Below are positions 28,384-39,261 of a DNA stretch of 64,000 nucleotides, one piece after another. Source of the stretch: an uncultured Gammaproteobacteria bacterium (GTDB taxonomy: Bacteria > Patescibacteriota > Patescibacteriia > UBA11705 > JABHMO01). A program made the translations under genes and the position numbers. Location: assembly GCA_964590105.1 (NCBI GenBank), contig CAZPYM010000001.1:302172-366171 (forward strand), written 5' to 3'. Under the pieces are notes generated by a model that was not told the origin of the DNA, did not search any database, and was given only the letters and a program-made list of their open reading frames with translations. Numbering within the stretch: the first letter of the stretch is position 1; the number at the start of each line of letters is the position of its first letter.

Positions 28384-31300
28384 TTATTTTACCACTGCCA
28401 TCCAGTCAGCTTCGGTTGAAGGAAACTTGCCGTTCGCAGTTTTGAAATCCTTGACTGCTTGCAATCTTTCAACCGATGTTTTGGCCTTGCTGGCCGCTGT
28501 ACTGCCGTATGAGATGAAAGTTACAACATTCCAGCCCTCTGCATCCGGAGATTGGCCGGCGAGAGCGATATAATCATTTACAGCTGTGATTTCATTTTTC
28601 AGGTCTCTGTCAGCACTCACTGGCAAAGCTGGCACTGCGTTATCTTTTGGCGCTTCTACAACTGGCGCTGCTGGTACTGTCTCAACTGGCGCTGGTGCCG
28701 GAGCTGTCATAGAAACACCTGCATAAGCAATTCCGCGCAATACAGACCACATGAAACCGGTATTTGGCATTTGCTTGAATGATTTAGAGAAGGTTGCTAA
28801 AGCAGTCTTTTCCTTAGCCAATTCACGCGCTTCAGGTCGCAGATAGTAGGCGACAGAGTGGATAAACTTTTCTTCAGCCGGTTTGCTAAAATCAACCAAT
28901 CGGCCGAACACCTTTACAAAAGCTTTCAAAGCTTCTGCCTCGCGTCCGATTATTCTAGCGGGAGTTGTTCCTTCAGCCATCTTGGCCACGCTCTCCCAAT
29001 CAGAATCAGTACTGGGGATATGATTGTAAACAGCTTTATAATCTTCAAGCAATCCCACTCTTTCACGTTCCGCCATTTTCTTGACTTTATCAGTTGTTCC
29101 ATAAGTCAGGAAATCTACAACTCGCCATTCATTGGCCGTAGCCGGACTCTTGCCGACAAGTTTAGCATAATCTTTTACGCCTTGAATTTCCTTCTTAAGT
29201 TCTCTTGCCGCCGGTTTTACCGGCACCACATTTGTCAGGGTAACGACTTCTGAAGCAACTTCCTTGGAAACTTCTTTAACTTCTGTTTTGACAACCGTAG
29301 TTATTTCTTCCACTGTTGTCGTGACTGCTTCATCCGTGGTCGTTGTGGTAGTTGTTGTCGGTTCTATTATCGTCGTTGTAGTGGTTGTCGCGGCCGCTCC
29401 GCCGGTGGTATCAACCGCGCGCCGTGTTGTTGTAGCGGATGCCGCGACTAGAGGCGGATGAGTGATTGAAACCGAGGTCAAGTGAGTAATCTTTCCCATG
29501 CAATAATTTTCAGTCGTGTTGCAGGTTTGATTATCAAGCGGCATAAACGAGTCAGTCGTATCATCGTAATATGACAATGTGAGCAAAGATTCATCGGTTA
29601 CGCCCGCGCTTGTTAATTCAGCGGCCGTATAGTGGAGAATAATCTCAGCGCCTTCTCCGTTCAATTGGTTCACATCCTCACCTCCGGCTTTGGCTGTAAT
29701 TTCAACTTCAGTCCCGACTAAAGGCAACGTTGTATCGAGCGCCGGCAAGTCCACCTGCTGAAAGGTCAACGTGCCGCTAGAATTCTGCCCACCGATAACT
29801 CCGGTGCCGGCGCTAATTTCAAGACCGGTGTTATTTGCGTCGTTTACTACTACACCGCTCGTTGGAACAATCGTTCTGCTATCAACGCTTTTTATATCTG
29901 TCGGATCAGATGTCAACGTGATGTCCTTGTTGCTGAGCGAACTACCACTAACCGCGACAGTGGCCGATCGCGTTGTTTCAGCGTGCAATGGGCCATCCGC
30001 AATCACTGACCATGTGCCATCTGTTACTGATAACTGGTAGCTACCATCTTGCTGAATTGATCCCTTGGCTTTTGCTCCAGTAGTCGCCTCGGTGGCGTAG
30101 ACAAATCCGCCAAGATTCATAGGCGTTGATCCGTCAGATTCGTAAATCGTGCCTGAAATTGAATTGCCTTTTTCAACCAAATCATTGTCAATCTGAATAT
30201 CTTCGTCTGTGGTATTGCCATCAAAATCAAAATTTACATTTCCCGTAACCTCCAAGTTTGAATATTTTGCCGGCGTGCCGTAATCCTTGTGTTCGGCTTT
30301 AATGCTGTATGTGCCTTCTTTGACACTCATTGAATAGTCGCCGCTGGCGTCCGTGGTTGTTTGCTTTACCAATCCCGTTGTTTCATTAATAAGCAAAACC
30401 GCGGCATTGGCTATGGGATTATTGGAATTGTCAAGAACTGTGCCTAAAACCGTGCGCATTGTCTGCGCCGAAAGATCAACAGTGGTACTTTGATTTGAAG
30501 TTGACAAATCAATTGTTGAAGACGGCGAAAAATCTCCCATGCCGTCAACAAACACCATCAATCTATATGTTCCGGCAGGAACGCTGATAGTCTGGCTCTG
30601 GCTCAAATCGGGAAGCGGCATGCCTCGGCGCACAGCTCCACGGCTGTTGGTCGTGGCTGACCCGGCTATTTCCTTTACTTCTATAAACCCGCGCATATTT
30701 GAAGTTCCGCCGGTAAAAGCGACTGTCAATGTTTTCAAACTTGCCAAATCATAACTGATATTCACGGTTTGATTGCCTCCGTTTACAGTAACATTTTGTC
30801 CTAGTTCTCCGTAATCAGGCGACCACATTGACACTCTGTATGTACCGTTGCCGGCTTTGATTGAATAAGAACCGTCATTGGCCGTTGATTCATTGCGATG
30901 GTATCCTCCGCTCGGCCAGTCATTAACCGTATCCCAGGCTTCTACCATTATCGGAACACTACCCTGTGCTGTACCGCCGATTGAAACGGAGCCGGAAATG
31001 GTGTAGCAGGTGGAAGATGTCGGCTGAAGATTTTCAGTCGGCTTATTCGCGCCCGAAACTGTAATAGCCTTGGTAATTGTGCCACAAGTATCAGTTCCCG
31101 ATGGCATTTGCGCCGTCACTGTCCAAGTGCCGTCGCCAACATTCAGCATATAGTCGCCGTCCGAATCCGACATTGTTTGCGCAGACTGGTGCGTCGTTGT
31201 TTCGTTTGCCATTACGCTGGTGTAGTTGAGAGGATTGCCGCTCAAATCCATTACTTTTCCTGAAATCATGTAGTCGGCTTTATACATTTTGATTAAGAAC

Positions 31301-34300
31301 GGAGCGGCGGTAGTAACATAATCGCCTTCAAGATTAACATCGCAAGTGGTATTGCCGTCGGAAACCCCAACCGTATTATCCTTTACTGCTACCGACCTAA
31401 ACGGAGCCTCACCGATTCCGGGTTTATGAGCTCCGATTTCATAATTTCCATTGGCCGCGACTTTGAGAACAAAACTGCCGTCCGCGAGGGATTGCGTATG
31501 AGAGCCCATGCCACCGAAACCCATTGGCTGGCTGGCCCAAATTTCAACATTTTGCATTACATTATACACTTTCGCGCCAGAAGAAAAAGCTTGATTCATG
31601 CCGTTTACCAATTGAACTGTCGCGCCGCTGATTGACAATATTTTATCATTTTTTGTGTTCGTGCCGTCAGTCACAACTATTGAATCATTGGCATTAAATC
31701 CCGTGCCACTCGCCAAAGTCAGGCTGGTCGCGCTCGAAGTGTAATTCGCGCCGAGCGTAGTTTCCTTTGACACAACGCATCCGAGTATTTCTTTACTAGC
31801 GCTATTGATGTTAAAACTTAATTCAGTAATTGTTGCATTCGTATCATTGCGCTTAATAATTGGAGTTCCGCCAATACCGCTGACTTCAACCTGAACATTT
31901 GTCGGCGGCATCCAATCAGGCATCGGAGGCGGTCCCATCATCGGCCCCTTTGGCATAGCCGGCCCAATGCCAACCATATATATGCCGTTGGAAGGGAAGT
32001 ATAGAGTGGAACTGTTATTAGTGACTGCGCCGGTCAAAGTAGTGGTATTTACCGCGAACGAATTAGGCCCGCCCGCGAAAATATCAAGATCTTCTCCGTC
32101 AGCGCTGAATGTCCCGGACACCTTGACTGTCAATGATGCTGAATTGGACGCTGAAAATTTAGCGAAGGTTAGCGCTCTCGTCAAAGTCTTTGTTCCCGAA
32201 TTCCAGTTTTCGCCCGAACCGGGCACACAAATTGGTTCCGGATTCATCTGTCCGCTGTATTTATTTGCGCCAAGAGTAACCGTCGGCTCGCTAAAAATAT
32301 TATAACAGCCATCCGGCAAATTTGACCAAGTCTGCGTTCCCGTGCCATTGGCAATGTTAACTGTCGCGTCCAAAGGACCGGTCATGGGAGATCCCATCAT
32401 CAATTGAAAAGTGCCGGTGCCGCTTTCAGCCGCGATTGTCGCCGTGATATTATTTGCTCCGGCCGCGTTGATAAAGAAAGGCATTGAAGTCATGCTGGAC
32501 ACGTTCGTGCCGTCCGCTTTGTACGCTTTCATGTCAACGGTGTAGCCATTGGAATTGAAATCCTGAACTTTTGTCGGATTGACGATGTTTTTCACTTCAA
32601 AATGAAAGTAATCAGGATCGCCGGTTTGTCCGCCGTTCGTATTCAGCCACAGAGTCATTGTCTGACCTGAAACCGTCACGCCGTCGCTCGCCGCGCCGCC
32701 CTTTGTCGCGGCGCCCGCGCCGTCGTCAGCAACTCCCGAAGTCTTGAATTTGACTATTGACGGACCGCTCATATTCAGATCATTTTTATTGGGATTATAC
32801 GGATCCGGAATCGCCGAAACAATGTTAACGCCTTTTGGAAATGTCAATTTAATATATGCTCCGTCGTCAAGCGCATTGGCTGATTTGCCCGATGGCGGAA
32901 TAGGGAAGTCAATCATGTATGTGGTCGTAGCGCCGGCCATCATATTCATGGGCATGGCTCCGACTCCTCCCATCATCATGGCGTCTTTTTCTGAAAAACC
33001 TCCAAATCCTGTAGGCGCGCCCGTCATCATGGCGCCGCCCATGGCCGAAGGACCGGAAAGTCCGCCGCAAGCGGGTCCGATCATACCGCCTGTTTTCGCC
33101 TCATCGCGCAAAACTCCCTTGGCGGAATTAGCCGTAGCGTCAATTGGATTATTCGACAGATCCATAACATTTGAAACAGTAATAATAAATTGATCTGTTT
33201 CTTTTGTCGCACCGGTGAAGGATAGACCCTTAATTTTGACGGTGTTTGTTTCATAATCATAATCAAACGACACGCCGGCCGCTCCAAGATTTTCAGTACT
33301 ACCGGTGCCGTCGGCGCCAAAAGTCAATGCGTAGTTGCCCGACTTCAGTACGCTCCCTGTCCAAAGCGAAGCATTGGACGAGGCGTCACTTTGCTTCAAC
33401 GCGCTCATTGGTCTTGAGAATGTCACCGCGCACTGGTATCCGTCGCAATTCGCGACTTCAACTCTGGGCTTGGTTGTGTCAAATGTAGACGTCATGGTAA
33501 ACGAGCGCGTCAAAGTGGTTGCTCCGCTCGGATTACCATACAAGTCTTTTATTCCACTTGTGCCGCCAAGAGTAATAGTCAAGGTATATTTCATACCCGG
33601 CGTCAAGCCGGTTGTCGGGATTACCTTGATACTCTGGCTCATTGAATCATATTTTACTACGGCCGGAATTGTTGACGTTCCGGTTTTCAATGTAACGGTG
33701 GCCGTGTTAACATTACCCGGTTCCAGCGATTCATTGAAACCAATATCCACGAAGCCGAAATCCAATGGCACTCCCGTGGCATTATTGTCCGGCCAACTGC
33801 CATTAATGCCGGGAGCAGTTGAATCAGTAACGTCCGCGACTGTAAAATTGACCATAAATTGATTGGCTCCGGGATCGTTTGGATTGCCAAGCGTTACACC
33901 CGAAGACGCTCGGATTCCCGCCTTTACCCTTATTTCATACTCGCCGGCCATTAAATTTGAAGACAAATTCATTATGGCGAAAAGCTTATCGTTCGAGGTT
34001 GTCACTGAACTTATATAAGTACTGGTAACATCTGTAAAAGAATTACCGCTTTTTTGAAATAACTTGAATGTGCCCGTGTTAACGCTACTTGAATCAAGCG
34101 ATTCGCTGAATTCAAACATCATTTTTGACAAATTTTTTGATACACTCCACGCGCCCGACGACGGCTGCGCGCCTTTCACAAAGAAAGGAGAATAGTCTCC
34201 GCCGCTCCATTGGCCTGTAGTCGTGTTAAAATTATCCGCCATTGTCATATAATCAGCATTATCGGTCATAGATCCAAAATTACCGGCATCATAATATGCG

Positions 34301-37056
34301 GCATCTTCCGTAAAGCCAAATCCGCTGGAGCCGCTAAAATTCATATCGGTTGACTGCGTAGTGAAAGTGAACGAATGTCCTCCTCCCGGCCTGCCGCCCT
34401 GAACTGAATTGCCGGCCATATCTATAACAGCAGGAAGGATTTCCACAATATATTGCGTGTTCTTAACCAAAGGCTCCACCATATCAATTACCGCCACCGG
34501 GGTACTGACAGATGCACCAGGCGCGTAGAAAGTGGCGCCGCGATTGCTGGCTCCGAGACCGGTGTCAATTGTTACGGCGTAATTAGTAACGGGTTCAACT
34601 TGTCCCGTAAAGTTATTCATTTTTTTCAACAATATATTTGACGTAGTCAGTTTTCCCACGTTCATTGGTTTATTAAATCTAATAAATATAGGTGCTCTGT
34701 CAATCACTATGTCGATCGGCGCGCTGTTCATGCCGTCCGATGGAGTAGTTTCTATAACCATAGGCGCGCTGGAATCTCCGCCATGAGCCCCTACGCCGCT
34801 ATCTAGACAAAACTGCCAGCCGGTTGACTGCGGATTATTACTGCTGACGCCAACTCCCCAAATTGTACTTTCATGATAACCTCCCGCATTCGCGCTCAAA
34901 TTCCAAACGCCGTCAAACACGCCGTTTAGCGTGAATGTTCCGGCTTGATCGCTGACAATGGAGGTAACGGCGCTAATGCCAGTACCTTCAATTCTAACGG
35001 TTGCGCCGTCAATGCCAGTCACGCAATCGCTTTGGTATACGCGGCCGGAAATTTTTCTAGCTCCGCTGGTCGTTGAGACATTAATATGATATGGCATGGC
35101 TTGGGCCAGCACTTCCGTATTTGCCACGGGATCCGCGGCCGAATATCCTTCTTCGCTCATGCCGTCAACCGCCTTAATATAATAATCTATTCCTGCCGCG
35201 GTTACCGCTGACGCAGGTATTGTGAATATTGTACTTGAACCTGAAGAACTTCCGGAAACACAGCTTCCCGGCCAACCGGCTGTGCCGGCCTTGTAGCATA
35301 GTGTAGTAGTAATCTGTTGCGAAGTGCTTTCAACATCATATATTTCAGCCAGAAGTTTAATTTCAGTTGAAACCACAGCCGTGGAAATCGGGCTGTGCAT
35401 AACATGAGGTGGAGTGTTTAAGTGCGTTTCGCCGCCCAGTTGAAAAACCTCTACGCCGCTAGTTGATTTTTGAGGATCTGACAAAGTGCGCGAAACAAAA
35501 TCATACATATTATCATTGCTATTATAACCATTTCCGATTGCCACGTCTGAAGTAACCATAGTCGCACTTGTTGATGAATATACCGCTTTTCGTTCAATAC
35601 TGCCGTTTGCCAAGGGCGCAGGGTTGAACGGACTGGTTTGATAAACCCTGACCCCATGTCCGACGCCCACGATATCCCTTACCGTATTATTTTCATCAAT
35701 TAAAAATATTGTATTACCGGAATCCAAATCTACTCCTGTAAACGCAGCGTCAGCACTCAGGCCTTGCCCATCAACGCTCTGGTCAAAACTATTAGCGTCA
35801 TTAGCCAATAAATAATATCCGCCTTGCGCCATAGTAGTCCCGCCTGCGATCGTAGCCAAAACAGTGTATGTATTGTCAACTCCTTCTATACCAGGCAGAT
35901 CTGTCAAGACGGCAACTTTCCAGCCGGCGATGGATTGCGGGCTCAATCCAATATTGTAAAGCTCAATGAATTCATCCGTTGCAGCGGCGCCGGCCAATTG
36001 AATTTCAGAAATCAGAATGCTGGTGTTCGGCCACATCCAAAACAAAGGAGCCGGATCGCTATACGGCATGCCGTTGGCAACGCTTTTTGGCGCAATCGAG
36101 GGATTGGTGCTTATTTGCAGGCTATCGGTCATAGTCATTGAAATCCTGGCGCCGGCATGCGCGACCACGGAAACTCTGCTAGGATCACTGCCATCGCGAG
36201 TCGCCCTGATTATTGACTGATTATCGTTTGCACCTGTCATTAAAGTATACCGAGCGCAACTTCCGGGGGTGACTTCTTCGTCGCATTCCACCGAATCCGC
36301 GGTTACTGGCATATTAAAATCAATTATTAAATCTCTATATGACCCATAATACAAGCCATCCACTCTAGGCGGCGACATATAAGTGTCTCCGTCTCCGCCG
36401 CCGCCGGCGCTATTTATCGTATCCGTGCTAACCTGCGTGATCGTCGGGGAAGTGCCGCTGGTAACAACCGTGCCGCTCGCGCCGCCTAAGAAAGTAAATC
36501 GAAATGATTTTCCGGAGGGCGGAGTGTCGTGCATTTTCATGTGAAGAAAATAATTGCCGCTACCCGCTGAATATGAAGTTGGCAATGTGTCATCAACAAC
36601 GTCAAGAGTAACATCATAAGTGCCGTCGCCATTGTTTGTCCATGAAGGCTTTGTTTCCCAAACAAGAACGCTGTCTCCGGAGCCGGGATCCATCCAGCCA
36701 TTACCATTACCGTCTTTATAAATGCATAGTCCCTGATCATCACTGCCGGCCGCCGCCGCTTCATTAAACGGCGCCAATACCAAAGCCGGATCAGGAGTGC
36801 CATAGAGACCGTCAAAACGAACTTTAATTGATTTTAGCTGCTCGCCGGCAGTACCGGTAATCTTCAACGCGGCAACACTGCTCATGAAACCGCCATATGC
36901 ATTCATGTTTGGCGGAATCATAAACTCCGAAGTTACTGTTACACCAGCTTGAGCCGGAAATAGGGGAGTGAGCACGCCGGCCAATCCCATGGCCCAGACT
37001 ATGGTGGTCATGGCGATAAAGCCAGTAAATAATTTATTTTTTGCGATTTTCATCAT
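28384..37056 (-). CDS. giant secreted surface protein (2890 aa) with Ig-like/carboxypeptidase-regulatory-like beta domains, Met/Gly/Pro-rich low-complexity segments, a poly-Thr linker and two C-terminal ~75-aa tandem repeats
   Basis: A single uninterrupted ORF. Signal peptide MMKIAKNKLFTGFIAMTTIVWAMGLAGVL. Many G/T/S/N-rich beta-type repeats (e.g. GRVYQSDCVTGIDGATVRIEGTG). Low-complexity segments GPACGGLSGPSAMGGAMMTGAPTGFGG...MMMGGVGAMPMNMMAGA and MPKGPMMGPPPMPDWMPP, and a TTTTTTIIEPTTTTTTTT linker. The C-terminal repeats are (V/N)KDYAKLVGKSPATANEWRVVDFLTYG and VNDYIALAGQSPDAEGWNVVTFISYG. Confidence 0.85.
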   Translation of the reverse strand: MMKIAKNKLFTGFIAMTTIVWAMGLAGVLTPLFPAQAGVTVTSEFMIPPNMNAYGGFMSSVAALKITGTAGEQLKSIKVRFDGLYGTPDPALVLAPFNEAAAAGSDDQGLCIYKDGNGNGWMDPGSGDSVLVWETKPSWTNNGDGTYDVTLDVVDDTLPTSYSAGSGNYFLHMKMHDTPPSGKSFRFTFLGGASGTVVTSGTSPTITQVSTDTINSAGGGGDGDTYMSPPRVDGLYYGSYRDLIIDFNMPVTADSVECDEEVTPGSCARYTLMTGANDNQSIIRATRDGSDPSRVSVVAHAGARISMTMTDSLQISTNPSIAPKSVANGMPYSDPAPLFWMWPNTSILISEIQLAGAAATDEFIELYNIGLSPQSIAGWKVAVLTDLPGIEGVDNTYTVLATIAGGTTMAQGGYYLLANDANSFDQSVDGQGLSADAAFTGVDLDSGNTIFLIDENNTVRDIVGVGHGVRVYQTSPFNPAPLANGSIERKAVYSSTSATMVTSDVAIGNGYNSNDNMYDFVSRTLSDPQKSTSGVEVFQLGGETHLNTPPHVMHSPISTAVVSTEIKLLAEIYDVESTSQQITTTLCYKAGTAGWPGSCVSGSSSGSSTIFTIPASAVTAAGIDYYIKAVDGMSEEGYSAADPVANTEVLAQAMPYHINVSTTSGARKISGRVYQSDCVTGIDGATVRIEGTGISAVTSIVSDQAGTFTLNGVFDGVWNLSANAGGYHESTIWGVGVSSNNPQSTGWQFCLDSGVGAHGGDSSAPMVIETTPSDGMNSAPIDIVIDRAPIFIRFNKPMNVGKLTTSNILLKKMNNFTGQVEPVTNYAVTIDTGLGASNRGATFYAPGASVSTPVAVIDMVEPLVKNTQYIVEILPAVIDMAGNSVQGGRPGGGHSFTFTTQSTDMNFSGSSGFGFTEDAAYYDAGNFGSMTDNADYMTMADNFNTTTGQWSGGDYSPFFVKGAQPSSGAWSVSKNLSKMMFEFSESLDSSSVNTGTFKLFQKSGNSFTDVTSTYISSVTTSNDKLFAIMNLSSNLMAGEYEIRVKAGIRASSGVTLGNPNDPGANQFMVNFTVADVTDSTAPGINGSWPDNNATGVPLDFGFVDIGFNESLEPGNVNTATVTLKTGTSTIPAVVKYDSMSQSIKVIPTTGLTPGMKYTLTITLGGTSGIKDLYGNPSGATTLTRSFTMTSTFDTTKPRVEVANCDGYQCAVTFSRPMSALKQSDASSNASLWTGSVLKSGNYALTFGADGTGSTENLGAAGVSFDYDYETNTVKIKGLSFTGATKETDQFIITVSNVMDLSNNPIDATANSAKGVLRDEAKTGGMIGPACGGLSGPSAMGGAMMTGAPTGFGGFSEKDAMMMGGVGAMPMNMMAGATTTYMIDFPIPPSGKSANALDDGAYIKLTFPKGVNIVSAIPDPYNPNKNDLNMSGPSIVKFKTSGVADDGAGAATKGGAASDGVTVSGQTMTLWLNTNGGQTGDPDYFHFEVKNIVNPTKVQDFNSNGYTVDMKAYKADGTNVSSMTSMPFFINAAGANNITATIAAESGTGTFQLMMGSPMTGPLDATVNIANGTGTQTWSNLPDGCYNIFSEPTVTLGANKYSGQMNPEPICVPGSGENWNSGTKTLTRALTFAKFSASNSASLTVKVSGTFSADGEDLDIFAGGPNSFAVNTTTLTGAVTNNSSTLYFPSNGIYMVGIGPAMPKGPMMGPPPMPDWMPPTNVQVEVSGIGGTPIIKRNDTNATITELSFNINSASKEILGCVVSKETTLGANYTSSATSLTLASGTGFNANDSIVVTDGTNTKNDKILSISGATVQLVNGMNQAFSSGAKVYNVMQNVEIWASQPMGFGGMGSHTQSLADGSFVLKVAANGNYEIGAHKPGIGEAPFRSVAVKDNTVGVSDGNTTCDVNLEGDYVTTAAPFLIKMYKADYMISGKVMDLSGNPLNYTSVMANETTTHQSAQTMSDSDGDYMLNVGDGTWTVTAQMPSGTDTCGTITKAITVSGANKPTENLQPTSSTCYTISGSVSIGGTAQGSVPIMVEAWDTVNDWPSGGYHRNESTANDGSYSIKAGNGTYRVSMWSPDYGELGQNVTVNGGNQTVNISYDLASLKTLTVAFTGGTSNMRGFIEVKEIAGSATTNSRGAVRRGMPLPDLSQSQTISVPAGTYRLMVFVDGMGDFSPSSTIDLSTSNQSTTVDLSAQTMRTVLGTVLDNSNNPIANAAVLLINETTGLVKQTTTDASGDYSMSVKEGTYSIKAEHKDYGTPAKYSNLEVTGNVNFDFDGNTTDEDIQIDNDLVEKGNSISGTIYESDGSTPMNLGGFVYATEATTGAKAKGSIQQDGSYQLSVTDGTWSVIADGPLHAETTRSATVAVSGSSLSNKDITLTSDPTDIKSVDSRTIVPTSGVVVNDANNTGLEISAGTGVIGGQNSSGTLTFQQVDLPALDTTLPLVGTEVEITAKAGGEDVNQLNGEGAEIILHYTAAELTSAGVTDESLLTLSYYDDTTDSFMPLDNQTCNTTENYCMGKITHLTSVSITHPPLVAASATTTRRAVDTTGGAAATTTTTTIIEPTTTTTTTTDEAVTTTVEEITTVVKTEVKEVSKEVASEVVTLTNVVPVKPAARELKKEIQGVKDYAKLVGKSPATANEWRVVDFLTYGTTDKVKKMAERERVGLLEDYKAVYNHIPSTDSDWESVAKMAEGTTPARIIGREAEALKAFVKVFGRLVDFSKPAEEKFIHSVAYYLRPEARELAKEKTALATFSKSFKQMPNTGFMWSVLRGIAYAGVSMTAPAPAPVETVPAAPVVEAPKDNAVPALPVSADRDLKNEITAVNDYIALAGQSPDAEGWNVVTFISYGSTAASKAKTSVERLQAVKDFKTANGKFPSTEADWMAVVK

Positions 37057-37177
37057 ACTAAATTTCTTAATTTTAATTTTTAGTTTTACTTTCTATATAT
37101 GTTAATTGATTGTTTTTTGCAAGAAAGACAAATTTACAAATATTACAAATTCTTCAGCTACTTAATTTTCTAATTGC

Positions 37178-37192
37178 TTCCGCCAGAGGCGG
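37178..37192. promoter_or_regulatory. CCGCC-aga-GGCGG mini-hairpin ~120 bp upstream of the giant-protein gene start
   Basis: cttccgccagaggcggacagg, near-identical over 21 bp to cttccgccataggcggacgag at 20675. Confidence 0.4.
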
Positions 37193-37204
37193 ACAGGTAT
37201 TTAC

Positions 37205-37456
37205 TCATTTTTTCTCAAGAATCTGATTCATTCTCGTATTCATCAAAAACACTTGGCTGTAAATTTGATTAAGCCGCATGGAAAGAGAATCGCGCGTTTC
37301 CGCGTAACTTTTTTCAAGCCGTGCCATGTGTACGACCAAACAGACTATAATTGCAAACTGCGCGATAATTAAAATGGCGGCCAATAAATAGACCGGCCAT
37401 TTTTTGTGGCAAAAAAACACATACCCCCCTCCGACAAGCTGCCAAAATTTTTTCAT
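37205..37456 (-). CDS. small membrane protein (83 aa)
   Basis: One TM helix (VYLLAAILIIAQFAIIVCLVV) followed by a short coiled-coil-like tail. Confidence 0.4.
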   Translation of the reverse strand: MKKFWQLVGGGYVFFCHKKWPVYLLAAILIIAQFAIIVCLVVHMARLEKSYAETRDSLSMRLNQIYSQVFLMNTRMNQILEKK

Positions 37457-37613
37457 AACTTAATTTGCATATAAAACTAAATTTATATGCTTTTAATTAG
37501 CATTAATTTTACTACAATAATATTGCATCTATAGAACGCTAAAACATCACACTATTATTATACAATTTTTTTTATCACAAAACAAACAACTGTGGATAAA
37601 TTAGATGAATTTT

Positions 37614-38591
37614 CTAATCATTGTCGCTATGACATTTTTCATAAACATCGCGCAATTTTTTATTGGTCACATGCGTGTAAATTTGGGTAGTGGAAATATC
37701 TTCATGGCCCAGAAATTCCTGCACCAGGCGTAAATCAACGCCCTTGTTCAGCAAATCCGTGGCAAATGAATGGCGCAGGGTATGCGGCGTTGTATTAAGG
37801 GGCAATCCGGCAAGCTTGACATACTTTTTTACGATTCTTTCAACTGAACGAGAAGTTAGTCTGCGCGAACCGATTTCTGACGCAGTAGGGGAGTAATTTA
37901 TGAATAAGGCTTTATCAACATCATTTCGATTATCTAGATAATTCCTAATTGCCGAAAGCGCCCGCAAAGAAAAATATATTGTTCTGGTTTTGCTTCCCTT
38001 GCCCACGATATTTAATTCCAAAACTTGTCTAAAATTTCTAATATTAAAGTCATCGCGATTTAATTTCACAACTTCTGAGACACGGAGTCCTGTTGAAAAT
38101 AATGTTTCAAGAATCGCTTTATTGCGAAGCGAATTTAAATCTAATTTTACTGCGCAATCAAGTAATTTTTTTACTTTTTCAAGAGTAAGAAAATGCACGG
38201 ACGGTTTTTTTGTTTGTTTTGCAAGCTGGATCTTGCTGGCGGGCAGGGCCGTGATATCGCGCACCGCAAAATATTCCAATAGCCCGCGCAGAGCGATTAA
38301 ATAAATATTTTGCGTTCTTTTTGTCAAACTTTGTTTTGTTTTTGCTGATAAAGTTTTGCGCGACAAAAAAATTCTGTATTTCCAGATTATTTCGCTGGTG
38401 AGCTGATGGGGGAGCAAATCTTGCATTTTATTTTGGATAAGCCAACGCTTGAAGCGATCTAAACATCGGGAATAATTTTCCTGCGTTTGTTTTGCCAAGC
38501 CTTTTTCTACGTCAACATAATCAAGAAAATCATTGATTTGTTTGAGAATGGGAAGTTGAGAGTTGGTGAGCATAAATACAAGAAATAACAA
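37614..38591 (-). CDS. tyrosine recombinase, XerC/XerD family
   Basis: N-terminal SAM-like domain, and the C-terminal catalytic region HTLRHSFATDLLNKGVDLRLVQEFLGHEDISTTQIYTHV (R..H..R..Y). Confidence 0.85.
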   Translation of the reverse strand: MLFLVFMLTNSQLPILKQINDFLDYVDVEKGLAKQTQENYSRCLDRFKRWLIQNKMQDLLPHQLTSEIIWKYRIFLSRKTLSAKTKQSLTKRTQNIYLIALRGLLEYFAVRDITALPASKIQLAKQTKKPSVHFLTLEKVKKLLDCAVKLDLNSLRNKAILETLFSTGLRVSEVVKLNRDDFNIRNFRQVLELNIVGKGSKTRTIYFSLRALSAIRNYLDNRNDVDKALFINYSPTASEIGSRRLTSRSVERIVKKYVKLAGLPLNTTPHTLRHSFATDLLNKGVDLRLVQEFLGHEDISTTQIYTHVTNKKLRDVYEKCHSDND

Positions 38592-39231
38592 ATTACAATT
38601 AACAAACTACAAACAATGCATTTAGCCGCTAAGTGGCGTGTCGCACAATACTAATAAATACGCACGGGGCACAATTTTATTATACATAATTCAACACACT
38701 TATTAAAATCTATAATCAATACTGTCTGTGGACAAGTCAGCATTTCTTGTTCCTTGGACTGCACACTATCCGTTTTTTATGCTAAACTTAGGAAAAAGAC
38801 AAAGGAATCAGGTGCTCTGCTATTCAAACAAAATTTAAGACGCTTAGATCACAATTTTAGGCCTTGTTTTTTGTGTAAATTTAGCCAAGGCGTAACCATA
38901 TAATAAATCATTAAAGTAGGGCCATCCTGCATCAATTGATAGTGCTATATCACGTAAATTTACAATTATTAAACCTTGAGGAAAGATCCTCTAAGGCGAT
39001 GTCATCAAAATATATCTGCGCGCTAATTTATTATTTTAAAAACTTTAATTATTATTATACAATTTATGAAAATTTTTAAATGAAATTTAACTGCCCTATT
39101 TAATACCACATTAATGCAACGTAAATTATTTTACACCACTCTGCCCCAATATTTCCTTAACTCTTTGTGTCGTAAAATATTTCAAGATGTTCAAAAAGAG
39201 GGGCCTGCATAAATCCGGATTTAACTTAAAA

Positions 39232-39261
39232 TAAAAAAACGCTGCAGATTTCTGCAACGTT
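39232..39261 (-). terminator. rho-independent terminator after ftsA/pilM-like
   Basis: On the minus strand: aacgttgcagaaatctgcagcgttttttt. Confidence 0.55.

Noticed and set aside
28552-36815. Numerous 60-180-aa ORFs on both strands inside the giant gene (e.g. 32744..33193, 33335..33862, 29264..29461)
   Set aside because: All are embedded in or antisense to the single uninterrupted 2890-aa ORF. Their repetitive V/T/G/P composition mirrors the sense-strand repeats.
37176-37204. Intrinsic-terminator interpretation of the 37178-37192 hairpin for the small upstream gene
   Set aside because: No T-run follows on the minus strand, and the element is near-identical to the leader hairpin at 20.6 kb, so I treated it as a regulatory repeat rather than a terminator.
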